Virus record (IMG/VR): IMGVR_UViG_3300031507_000013
Location: 1-44,758 of that record
Reading direction: 5' to 3' (one strand)
Length of the DNA: 44,758 bases
Origin: a virus
Positions 22,223 through 29,616 of this stretch are shown here, piece after piece (within the stretch, counting starts at the first letter, position 1; the number at the start of each line of letters is the position of its first letter). The notes under the pieces were generated by a model. That model saw only the letters and a program-made list of their open reading frames with translations, ran no database searches and had not been told where the DNA came from. The position numbers were made by a program, and so were the translations under genes.

Positions 22223-23135
22223 CAGGTTTACCTTGAGCAGAAGCAAAGGCAACTTTCATGATAGCTCTCCCGATTGCTTCCGGGATTTGCGGGACGACTG
22301 CGTTGCCCAATCCTTTAAGCCTGTCCACCCGAGAGGGAATCCCATAAGCCACTCGACCCACGTCGGGTTCAATTGCCCAGACTGATCCGATACCGACATG
22401 GAGAGCATTACTTGCTTGCCCTTCTCCACGCGGCGTTTGATGGCCGGCGTAGATAGATTGCCTCTGTCCCGGTTGTCTGATGCACTCGGGGTCGGCCACA
22501 TTCGGTTCTTGACCGCCGTTGCCAGACCATCGCCGCTGGTAGCGCTTGCTCCCTTGCGGTTGTAATTCCCGTTGATAGTTGGCGTCGGCCATAGGGGAGC
22601 TAGAAAGTTCCGCGGCGAGCGCCCTGCTGAACGGAGGGCGACCGCTTTCGTGTTGCTCGCCTCCGGCGTCGGCAATAATCCAGACGCGATCTCGTCGGTG
22701 AGGGGCACCAACGGCGCTCGCCGGAATGCAATGCCATTCCGCGTCATACCCGATCTCGGCCAGGTCCCCGAGAACTGTTCCCATCCCTCGACTAAGCAAC
22801 GCTGCCACGTTCTCCACGATTGCGAAGCGCGGTCGAACCACGCGAATGGCTCGTAGGAGTTCCCGCCAAAGTCCAGAACGCTCGCCGGCAAGTCCGGCGC
22901 CGCCGCCAGCCGTGCTGATGTCCTGACAAGGAAACCCCCCGCAGATAACATCGGCCTCGCCCTCAATGAAGTCTCTGGTCGTGATGTCATCGTGACAGGG
23001 GACGTCAGGCCAGTGCTTGGCGAGCACTGCGCGACCGTAGGGATCAATCTCGCAGAACGCGACGGTTCGCATTCCGGCTCGTTCGAGCCCGAGGCTGAAG
23101 CCGCCAATTCCTGAGAAGAGATCGAGGACATTCAC
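22209..23135 (-). CDS. DNA (cytosine-5)-methyltransferase (308 aa in this frame)
   Basis: Motif I DLFSGIGG, motif IV GGFPCQD, motif VI IVENV, motif VIII APHRRDR, motif X LGNAVVPQ. The middle section (about residues 160-255) is low complexity. See the finding about the second open frame. Confidence 0.85.
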   Translation of the reverse strand: MNVLDLFSGIGGFSLGLERAGMRTVAFCEIDPYGRAVLAKHWPDVPCHDDITTRDFIEGEADVICGGFPCQDISTAGGGAGLAGERSGLWRELLRAIRVVRPRFAIVENVAALLSRGMGTVLGDLAEIGYDAEWHCIPASAVGAPHRRDRVWIIADAGGEQHESGRPPFSRALAAELSSSPMADANYQRELQPQGSKRYQRRWSGNGGQEPNVADPECIRQPGQRQSIYAGHQTPRGEGQASNALHVGIGSVWAIEPDVGRVAYGIPSRVDRLKGLGNAVVPQIPEAIGRAIMKVAFASAQGKPDERS

Positions 23136-23626
23136 TGTTGGCCTTCCGAAACATATGCATAGGTCTGGCCCTTTTGGACCATGATGATGTGAGGTCTGGA
23201 GACGCCAAATCGGTCGGCTAAAGACTGCTGCGTCACGATTCCGCGCAACCGTCTAATCTCCCGCACGTCGTCGGCAGTGAGCCTGTATCTGGGCAAACCC
23301 CTTCTCGGCAGACGCTCCTTTTTGTAGCGGTCGCGCTGGTTTTCACTGCGCGTTTTCCATCCAAGATGGGTCTGGTTGCAGCACCCCAGATGACCATTTC
23401 CGCAACTATGGGCCGCTTCATGATCGGGGGAAGGCGCTGGACCATGGGCCATAGTGCACATCAAAACGTGGGCTCGCCACATCTTGCCCATGTAGCCTAG
23501 CTGTCCGTAACCGTCTGTCACCCGCGCAAACGGATAAGGCAAACAGTCGGTTCCGGCATAGGAAACATGGGCGATGATCCACGCCGCACACTTTCCTTTA
23601 CCTTTGTTGTAGCCGCCTGATGTCAT
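23132..23626 (-). CDS. HNH endonuclease (164 aa)
   Basis: AAHSCGNGHLGCCNQTHLGWKTRSENQRD (His-Me finger with Cys ligands). The C-terminal part is HTH-like (IVTQQSLADRFGVSRPHI). Its stop overlaps the MTase GTG start (GTGA). Confidence 0.75.
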   Translation of the reverse strand: MTSGGYNKGKGKCAAWIIAHVSYAGTDCLPYPFARVTDGYGQLGYMGKMWRAHVLMCTMAHGPAPSPDHEAAHSCGNGHLGCCNQTHLGWKTRSENQRDRYKKERLPRRGLPRYRLTADDVREIRRLRGIVTQQSLADRFGVSRPHIIMVQKGQTYAYVSEGQQ

Positions 23627-24015
23627 GTTCTGAAATCGTCAGTTAAAGGAAGTGCGGCATCGACAATCTGTCGGATGTCCCACATCTGCGCATTGGCCGG
23701 TCCATAAATTCGTTTCCGGATATCCTCCAGCGCCTTCCTGGCGCTCGCGAGTTGCGATGTTGCCTTTCTGGCCTCGTCCTCCCATCCGCGTTGGATTATG
23801 ATCTGCGCTGCAAGCTGGGCGCGGAGGCTGGAGATCTTGCAGCCAACGCCATGGAAATCTTCCCATGACATCGTGACGGTCTCTGGTTCTGGTCGAGCGC
23901 CGCGATAGAACTCGTCGCCAAGCTCGCAGCACGTGACTGCAACAGCTTCCATGCCGAGCCCATTGTCCACGTAGTGGAACGGATCGCGGTTGCAGAAAGG
24001 ACATTCATCGCTCAC
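23623..24015 (-). CDS. hypothetical protein (130 aa)
   Basis: GTG start preceded by CTTAAGGAG. N-terminal CPFC...CC cluster. Confidence 0.55.
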   Translation of the reverse strand: MSDECPFCNRDPFHYVDNGLGMEAVAVTCCELGDEFYRGARPEPETVTMSWEDFHGVGCKISSLRAQLAAQIIIQRGWEDEARKATSQLASARKALEDIRKRIYGPANAQMWDIRQIVDAALPLTDDFRT

Positions 24016-24025
24016 GTCGTTCTCC

Positions 24026-24253
24026 TTAAGGCTTCAATAAAGCTGCATTTTCCTGGGTGAGCTTGAGTAGCAAGACGCCCGGAACGTTCCACTTTGCGGC
24101 GGCGTCTTCCTCGGTATCGCAAGATGGACCTTTCGCCGCGCAATTATCGCATTCGACCCAAGCATCAGTTACGACGCCGTTACCATCGGTTTCAGTCCAA
24201 AGCTCCGCGTGTGATTTAGAGCAGAATACACAAGGCATAAGATGCATCATCAC
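24026..24253 (-). CDS. Lar-family restriction alleviation-like protein (75 aa)
   Basis: MPCVFCSKSHAELWTETDGNGVVTDAWVECDNCAAKGPSCDTEEDAAAKWN matches the Lar pattern PCxFC...C..Cga.gp...eA...WN. Confidence 0.6.
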   Translation of the reverse strand: MMMHLMPCVFCSKSHAELWTETDGNGVVTDAWVECDNCAAKGPSCDTEEDAAAKWNVPGVLLLKLTQENAALLKP

Positions 24254-24804
24254 TCGCCCTTTCGATTGTCGGCGATCGCGTCCATCGTCTTGCGGTTCGA
24301 GGCCCGCGTCTTGATGGCCTCGACGATGTCGCGGCAGGCCTGATCATATCCATCACTGTATATTTCCGGATCATCCCAATTGCCGTTATCGACATGCTCC
24401 ATCGCGATCTTGGCGCATTCCGCGAAGATGGCTTCACCCGCGCCGGAAGCCGACTTTACTACCGGCTCACACTCTCCTGAATTGAGATGACTCGCGTCAG
24501 GCGCAGGTGAACTTGGGGAGGCGATGGCATCACGGACTTTAGCGAACGAAACCTCAATTATCTGCACGAGAGATCGCAGGCCGAGACGATAAGCGTTATC
24601 CTTTAGCCATTCTTCCTGAATATCCAGCGCCTCCCGCGCCAGCGCGACCGGCTCACCCTGAGCGGGGAGGGCGCGGATCGCGTCTGCCTTGTCGCGCGCA
24701 ATCTTCATACGCCTAAAATCCTCTTGTAGAGGAATACAGTAGTGCCGATCCAATGCGGTAAATGCTTCTGGATCTATAATCCGCGCGATCTCTTCCCGGA
24801 TCAT
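24250..24804 (-). CDS. hypothetical protein (184 aa)
   Basis: Track ORF coupled on both sides. No motif recognised. Confidence 0.6.
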   Translation of the reverse strand: MIREEIARIIDPEAFTALDRHYCIPLQEDFRRMKIARDKADAIRALPAQGEPVALAREALDIQEEWLKDNAYRLGLRSLVQIIEVSFAKVRDAIASPSSPAPDASHLNSGECEPVVKSASGAGEAIFAECAKIAMEHVDNGNWDDPEIYSDGYDQACRDIVEAIKTRASNRKTMDAIADNRKGE

Positions 24805-24893
24805 GGCTTGGTCTCCTCATGTGCAGCAAGGAATATCGCCGCGATACCCAAGCCGCAGCCAAGCAAGAATGAAATGGTGACAAAGGAGATCAT
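24801..24893 (-). CDS. micro-ORF, single TM (30 aa)
   Basis: MISFVTISFLLGCGLGIAAIFLAAHEETKP. ATGA overlaps at both ends. Confidence 0.35.
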   Translation of the reverse strand: MISFVTISFLLGCGLGIAAIFLAAHEETKP

Positions 24894-25021
24894 GGCATCC
24901 CCCAAGGTAGGCCGAGCCAAGGCGTCGGCTTCGAGCGCATGTCTTTCCGAATCTGGCGGATCGCGGTGACGGCCCAGCGAGCCACCGTGCATGCGCCAAT
25001 GAAAGCCAAGACGTAGATCAT
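24890..25021 (-). CDS. micro-ORF, single TM (43 aa)
   Basis: MIYVLAFIGACTVARWAVTAIRQIRKDMRSKPTPWLGLPWGMP. RBS GAAAGG upstream. ATGA overlap downstream. Confidence 0.35.
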   Translation of the reverse strand: MIYVLAFIGACTVARWAVTAIRQIRKDMRSKPTPWLGLPWGMP

Positions 25022-25052
25022 TGCTCAACCTTTCGGTGACGAGGCATTATGG

Positions 25053-25295
25053 CTAACCGGCATTGAAACTGGCGAGAACAACCGTTCCAGCTTCAAGATT
25101 TGGCATAGCTTCGCCGATGCAAATTGCGCCGACCTGATCTGGTCGTGAAGCCCATGTGCCGCAATAGTCGTTCCATCCGCTGACTGTGCTCGGATGGATG
25201 GCGCGGGCGGAATCCGCATCCGGCGCGACAACTACGGCGCTGTCGTATGTGTCGTATCCGTCGTTCATATCTTGATAGATCCGCCAAAGTTTCAT
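25053..25295 (-). CDS. hypothetical protein (80 aa)
   Basis: Track ORF in operon register. Confidence 0.55.
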   Translation of the reverse strand: MKLWRIYQDMNDGYDTYDSAVVVAPDADSARAIHPSTVSGWNDYCGTWASRPDQVGAICIGEAMPNLEAGTVVLASFNAG

Positions 25296-25311
25296 GTCCG
25301 CTAATTCCCAA

Positions 25312-25686
25312 TTATCGAAATTCGACGGTGCCGTTCATTCGCTTGCGGATTCCGCTTGCCTTTGATCCAGGCATCGTCCGACCCTTGCGCTTCATACCGA
25401 ACGTTGCCTTGAGCACGCGATCAGCTTTTGCCATGCGCGGATTGTCTTCATCGAATGTCTTCCGCGTTGCGCAGACATCGCAATAGACGGCGATGTTTTC
25501 CATTGTTGGTTCACCGCCCAACCCGTCCGGCTGCACATGCTCGAAGATCAGATGGCCGGCGCGGATCACCTTGCCGCAGCCTGGCGCCTCGCATTTCGGA
25601 ATGCCGTCTGGCTTGCAGGAGCGAGCAAAAGCGGCCTTCTTGATAGCCTGCGGAAACTCGGTACGTGTCTCGCCTCGCATGCTCAT
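25312..25686 (-). CDS. HNH endonuclease (124 aa)
   Basis: CEAPGCGKVIRAGHLIFEHVQPDGLGGEPTMENIAVYCDVC is a classic HNH with flanking Cys pairs. The start was chosen at the ATG in an ATGA overlap with the upstream stop. Confidence 0.75.
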   Translation of the reverse strand: MSMRGETRTEFPQAIKKAAFARSCKPDGIPKCEAPGCGKVIRAGHLIFEHVQPDGLGGEPTMENIAVYCDVCATRKTFDEDNPRMAKADRVLKATFGMKRKGRTMPGSKASGIRKRMNGTVEFR

Positions 25687-26186
25687 GCGCCGACCCTCAT
25701 CCATGCTTCATATTGGTCGTTAATCTGATGCCAGACGACGCGACTTCTATGGTCTATATTTAGGTCGGCCCGAGATTTCACATCGCAGATCAGGCGAACA
25801 CATTCCGCCGCATCATCTCCGCTCTCGTGCCAATCAAGGTCATATGCTGATTTGAGAAACGCCACAAAACTTGGTTCTGAACATCTGATCCCTGCCTGCT
25901 GAGATGGCTGCATATCCCGCCACTCACGCTTGGCCCGAGCCGACTTGTCCTGTTTCGGCTCGGGCCGCGCATCAACTGCGGGTTTGGATGGGTTATTGGG
26001 CATCATCTCCTTGATTGCGGCGATCGCAAACCAGCGCTCATTGGCTGGATTAGGTAGACCGCCAAGAACCTCATACGCTGCATCAAAATCAGCCAGCGGA
26101 AGCTCAAAGATGAGTTGTACGATCTGTCGCGTCTTGACGATCTTCATGTCCGCGAATGCGGCGCGGATGGCCAGTGGCTTGCTCAT
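25683..26186 (-). CDS. hypothetical protein associated with the recombinase (167 aa)
   Basis: ATGA-coupled downstream of the annealing protein. No motif recognised. Confidence 0.6.
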   Translation of the reverse strand: MSKPLAIRAAFADMKIVKTRQIVQLIFELPLADFDAAYEVLGGLPNPANERWFAIAAIKEMMPNNPSKPAVDARPEPKQDKSARAKREWRDMQPSQQAGIRCSEPSFVAFLKSAYDLDWHESGDDAAECVRLICDVKSRADLNIDHRSRVVWHQINDQYEAWMRVGA

Positions 26187-26821
26187 GCTGCGGCTTTCTT
26201 CGGCATCTTGGCGATAACCAGTTCCTTCAACTGATTGACTTCATCGCTGGTCAAACCGAAATCGCGTCGGGCTTGCTTTTCCCCATCCCACCAGGGGAGA
26301 ATGCGCGGATCCTGATCGGGGAAGTTAGCGATCTTGGCCTTGCACTCCGAAACGTAGCGCAGCCGGCTTTCATCGGCTTCATCCGCGACGTTCGCGCGCT
26401 CCTTGTCATAGAGTGCTAGACCAAATGGATTTCCGAACGTCATGAAGGCGCGCTTCATCGCGTCCGTTTCAGCTTCCTTGATAGCGCTTTCGTGAGCCTG
26501 TCCGAGGTCTCGATCGATGCCATGGCCGGCACCGCAGCCCTCGCGCGCCACGCCATCAACAATCACGCGAACCTTGCAGATGTAGGTTACGCCATAGCCG
26601 GGAGTTTTTGCCTTTCCGATTTCACGGTCTTTCTCAGCAACACAGCGGACATCCAACGTCTCGCGCGTCCAGTTGTCGAAACCGAAAATCCGGTTGGCTT
26701 CCGCGATAACATGCCAGCCCTCGACATAGGACACCTGACGGCCGGCCTGATCACGCGACTTGACGGCGCTCATGGGGAGCTTCGCGGCGAGATCGCCCTT
26801 TTGCTGTTCTGAAAAACTCAT
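26183..26821 (-). CDS. Rad52/22-family single-strand annealing protein (212 aa)
   Basis: QVSYVEGWHVIAEANRIFGFDNWTRE...GCGAGHG...HESAIKEAETDAMKRAFMTFGNPFGLALYD matches the Rad52-like SSAP pattern. Confidence 0.75.
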   Translation of the reverse strand: MSFSEQQKGDLAAKLPMSAVKSRDQAGRQVSYVEGWHVIAEANRIFGFDNWTRETLDVRCVAEKDREIGKAKTPGYGVTYICKVRVIVDGVAREGCGAGHGIDRDLGQAHESAIKEAETDAMKRAFMTFGNPFGLALYDKERANVADEADESRLRYVSECKAKIANFPDQDPRILPWWDGEKQARRDFGLTSDEVNQLKELVIAKMPKKAAA

Positions 26822-27030
26822 TCGTCATTCCCTCGACGTTTTACCCAGACCGGACAAAATCCACCATTAATCCCAGAGCAGCGCATATATGGAGCATCAA
26901 CCCAGCCATTCGGTGCAACGGGATTTAGCCCGCGCAACTTAGGAAATTTCACGCATTGCCACTGTGTGTAGGACTGCTTTCTCGTTTCCATATGCACGTT
27001 GTCGCAGCTCTCGCACGGTGTCGCGGTCAT
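26818..27030 (-). CDS. Cys-rich small protein (70 aa)
   Basis: CESCDNVH...WQCVKF...CSGINGGFCPVW. It overlaps the upstream ORF by 92 nt, so the start is uncertain. Confidence 0.45.
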   Translation of the reverse strand: MTATPCESCDNVHMETRKQSYTQWQCVKFPKLRGLNPVAPNGWVDAPYMRCSGINGGFCPVWVKRRGNDE

Positions 27031-27187
27031 AAATTTTGTCCATCAGAAGATGAAGTTGTCCTTCGACGACTTCCAATTCCAAAAACTCCGATCGCACCGT
27101 ATCGGCTGGCATTTCAAGAAGTCTCATGAGAGCACTCATGAGATCGCGTACCGCCATTCCGACTGCAATTTCCTGATCGGAGCTCAT
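26939..27187 (-). CDS. hypothetical helical protein (82 aa)
   Basis: Track ORF. The ATG is in an ATGA overlap with the upstream micro-ORF. Confidence 0.5.
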   Translation of the reverse strand: MSSDQEIAVGMAVRDLMSALMRLLEMPADTVRSEFLELEVVEGQLHLLMDKIYDRDTVRELRQRAYGNEKAVLHTVAMREIS

Positions 27188-27297
27188 ATCTCATCGTTCC
27201 GGTTGCCGGATATCTCGGCGACGCAGATTGCAAGTACGCTGTAAAGGATCGCGATGCTGATGACTGCAGCTATTACTGCGATTGTTAAGCTTGGCAT
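27184..27297 (-). CDS. micro-ORF, single TM (37 aa)
   Basis: MPSLTIAVIAAVISIAILYSVLAICVAEISGNRNDEI. It fits exactly between two track ORFs (the upstream stop abuts its ATG as TGAATG, ATGA overlap downstream). Confidence 0.4.
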   Translation of the reverse strand: MPSLTIAVIAAVISIAILYSVLAICVAEISGNRNDEI

Positions 27298-27621
27298 TCA
27301 CGCCTCCTGCCGCAGCTTGCGATCGTGATCGATCAGCGCGAGCACGCTATCGAACTTGCTCATGATGCGGTCGTGTTCGGTCGGCTCGGTGTAGAACCCA
27401 GCCTCTTTGAGCAGCGCATTGGTCACGTCGTCGCGTTCGTCATCGTGAATGTGATCGATGAATGCGATCTGCCCGTATTGCTTGGTGCGGATGCGGTCGA
27501 CGACCTCACGACGGGTCAACTCAGGGTCTACGCAAGCTTCCCGACCGCGGCGCCCGAGGTCGACCATAACGACGTAGTAATCGCGGACAGATTGGGGTGA
27601 GGAACAATGGGCTGACATCAC
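27298..27621 (-). CDS. hypothetical protein (107 aa)
   Basis: Track ORF, second gene of the early-left operon. Confidence 0.6.
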   Translation of the reverse strand: MMSAHCSSPQSVRDYYVVMVDLGRRGREACVDPELTRREVVDRIRTKQYGQIAFIDHIHDDERDDVTNALLKEAGFYTEPTEHDRIMSKFDSVLALIDHDRKLRQEA

Positions 27622-27854
27622 GCGATCCCCATCAAAAACCGAGAGGCGGAAATCCCGAGATGATCCGCGAGCGCCAGCATCGTGCTGACGGCCACGCGAT
27701 TTTTGCCGGATTCGTATTTCTGGATCTGTTGGAAACTGACGCCGATGGAAGCGCCAACTTCGGCTTGGCTGAGGCCATATGACGTGCGCAAATAGCGTAA
27801 GCGCTCACCGATCTTGGTGTCGACTTCTGTGCACTTTCTCGGAGTGGTTGTCAT
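27618..27854 (-). CDS. XRE-family HTH regulator, first gene of early-left operon (Cro-like role inferred)
   Basis: IGERLRYLRTSYGLSQAEVGASIGVSFQQIQKYESGKNRVAVSTMLALADHLG is a canonical HTH_3/XRE signature. Confidence 0.8.
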   Translation of the reverse strand: MTTTPRKCTEVDTKIGERLRYLRTSYGLSQAEVGASIGVSFQQIQKYESGKNRVAVSTMLALADHLGISASRFLMGIA

Positions 27855-27878
27855 GCGGTGCTCCCGTGTTGAGGAGCT

Positions 27879-27930
27879 ATATTTCTCACAGGAATAAGAT
27901 TACGTCAACAAAAATATTCCTACCGGGAAT
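27879..27930 (-). promoter_or_regulatory. early-left promoter with two operators (ATTCC-N5-GGAAT)
   Basis: On the minus strand: perfect operator ATTCCcggtaGGAAT (27916..27930), T-rich spacer, -35 TTGACG (27903..27908), 18-nt spacer containing the imperfect operator (27881..27895, ATTTC-N5-GGAAT on plus), then -10 AAATAT (27879..27884). Confidence 0.55.
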
Positions 27931-27976
27931 GAAAATCAACATGCAAATGCATGCTCTAGATTCGGGACATGATCTA

Positions 27977-28273
27977 TCAGGCGTTTTTCTGCTGGCGGGC
28001 GAGAATTGCAGCCTGCGCCTTTGGCGAAAGGTTTTTCAGGGTGCTGAGCTGCGACCGATTTGGTAGGCGACGGTAAAAATCGTTGATATTGACGCCCATA
28101 TGATCGGAAAGCTTTAGCAAAAACTTGATGTTAATGCTGGTCCTGCGATTGGCTATGATGTTCGAAAGATAGCCCTGCGAACAGCCGGCTATCTTCGCTG
28201 CCTCGGTGACCTTGAGGTCAAAAAGCTCAAGCCAAGCTCCAAGGAATATCTGTGGTTCGTCGTTTTCGTGCAT
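27977..28273 (-). CDS. CI-like XRE-family repressor (98 aa)
   Basis: Only the C-terminal 98 codons of track ORF 27977..28672 are used. LKVTEAAKIAGCSQGYLSNIIANRRTSINIKFLLKLSDHMG is an HTH_3 signature. The gene lies between the two operator-bearing promoters. Confidence 0.65.
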   Translation of the reverse strand: MHENDEPQIFLGAWLELFDLKVTEAAKIAGCSQGYLSNIIANRRTSINIKFLLKLSDHMGVNINDFYRRLPNRSQLSTLKNLSPKAQAAILARQQKNA

Positions 28274-28307
28274 ACCCAAAGGTATCGTGGGAGGAGAAAA
28301 TATTCTC

Positions 28308-28359
28308 ATTCCCCCTAGGAATTTTTTGTCTTGACTTTCCGCATTCCTGGGAGGAATAG
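28308..28359 (+). promoter_or_regulatory. early-right promoter with two operators (ATTCC-N5-GGAAT), divergent from the repressor gene
   Basis: ATTCCccctaGGAAT (28308..28322), T-rich spacer, -35 TTGACT (28331..28336), 17-nt spacer, -10 GAATAG (28354..28359). The second operator ATTCCtgggaGGAAT (28343..28357) overlaps the spacer and the -10. Confidence 0.55.
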
Positions 28360-28367
28360 TCTGAGCC

Positions 28368-28586
28368 ATGTCTGACAAACCGAAACATCCGCTACTCGCT
28401 TGGGCCGATCGCAAAGGTATGACCGTTGGCGAGGTTGCTGAGGCCGCCAATTGCTCTGAATGGCATCTGCGCAATATCTGCGCTGGCCGTAAGGATGCAT
28501 CCTTACGCTTGGCCAAGCGCTTGAGCGAGGTCTCTAACGGCCGGGTTCCGATGGACGCCTTCTTGAAGTCGAGCGTTCTCGCATGA
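28368..28586 (+). CDS. Cro/YdaS-like HTH protein (72 aa)
   Basis: LLAWADRKGMTVGEVAEAANCSEWHLRNICAGRKDAS is HTH-like. It is the first gene of the rightward operon. Confidence 0.6.
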   Translation: MSDKPKHPLLAWADRKGMTVGEVAEAANCSEWHLRNICAGRKDASLRLAKRLSEVSNGRVPMDAFLKSSVLA

Positions 28587-28710
28587 CGCGCGAACTGCAA
28601 AACCTTGCCCATGTCGGCCATTCCGGGATGTGTCGAAACGATGACAATGGAATCGATTGCAGCGAGTTGCAAGACAATTTTTCACAACCATAAGCGAAAG
28701 GGGCTTTCGC

Positions 28711-29109
28711 ATGTCACGCCACTTCGGAACCTCCTATCATCCTGAAAATTATTACATGCGCGGGCCCGGCCCAGCCTGCGCACAGAACGCGCGCAACATC
28801 CTCAAGACGAACGCGCGTCCGGCGTCCCCTGTTCAAGCCCCGGCTCGGGACGCCGGCCCTCCTTTCCCGATTAACGATGCTGAGATCCTTTCAGTCGTCC
28901 AGCGTGGGGGACGGTTGCTCTCAGAAAGTCGGCCTGCGGGCTCGGCATCGTTTTCGCATAGCAATACCCGTTCAAGGTCGGCATCCCACGCACTCTTTCT
29001 CGACCAGTCGCTGAGAAACCTCACAACGACGGCATTTTCCTTCTTCGCTCTCGGCCTCGCGGCACTCCCGTTCTTCCTGGGCGCGGTGATCTGGTCGCTG
29101 TTCTTCTAG
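28711..29109 (+). CDS. hypothetical C-terminally membrane-anchored protein (132 aa), uncertain
   Basis: ATG at 28711 with an AAAGGGG RBS. The C-terminal TM segment is TTTAFSFFALGLAALPFFLGAVIWSLFF. The antisense ORF 28972..29172 is an alternative reading. Confidence 0.4.
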   Translation: MSRHFGTSYHPENYYMRGPGPACAQNARNILKTNARPASPVQAPARDAGPPFPINDAEILSVVQRGGRLLSESRPAGSASFSHSNTRSRSASHALFLDQSLRNLTTTAFSFFALGLAALPFFLGAVIWSLFF

Positions 29110-29206
29110 TCGCCTGACGAGCCGCGCGGCCGCAACTGCGATCGGCTCGAACACAAAGTCATCCTCCGTCATGGGAGCATCCAGACACCATGACAGAGGT
29201 AATTAG

Positions 29207-29587
29207 ATGAGGAACTTCGACAGGGAATCGCCTGCCATGTCCGCACTTGCCTTGACCGACGCAACGAGATCAGCGCTCGGCCACCTGCTCCAGAAAGAGC
29301 AACACCGCACCGGTTCACGAGAACTCGCCTATGAGACCGTTGCCAAGAAAGTCGGAGCCAGCTCGAGCTGGCTGAAGAAATTTCTATCGAACCATCAGGA
29401 AGTCAAAGAACCGCGGATCACGCTTTTCCTGTCGATCCGCGATGCCTACCGCGATTTGTGCAACCGCGTTGAACAAGAGCATGCGAACGAGCTGGCCAAG
29501 CTGGCGGCTCTGCGGGGGCAATTGAATGAGGTTGATCAGGGCTTTGTGGAAATGGTGGCTGGCTCGAGTAGCTCGTCTGCTGGCTGA
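29207..29587 (+). CDS. hypothetical protein (126 aa)
   Basis: AGAGG RBS. Helical, with no motif recognised. Confidence 0.55.
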   Translation: MRNFDRESPAMSALALTDATRSALGHLLQKEQHRTGSRELAYETVAKKVGASSSWLKKFLSNHQEVKEPRITLFLSIRDAYRDLCNRVEQEHANELAKLAALRGQLNEVDQGFVEMVAGSSSSSAG

Positions 29588-29616
29588 ACGTTTCATCAAC
29601 GGGAGGAAATCACTCA

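Noticed and set aside
28274-28672. N-terminal 133 codons of the 231-aa track ORF 27977..28672
   Set aside because: This part runs through the divergent operator/promoter region and antisense to the HTH gene 28368..28586. Only the C-terminal 98 codons form a coherent XRE-type repressor.
28972-29172. 66-aa acidic minus-strand ORF
   Set aside because: It has no RBS and opposes the direction of the early-right operon. Its Glu-rich stretch is the antisense of the Phe/Leu-rich TM segment of the plus ORF. It cannot be fully excluded.
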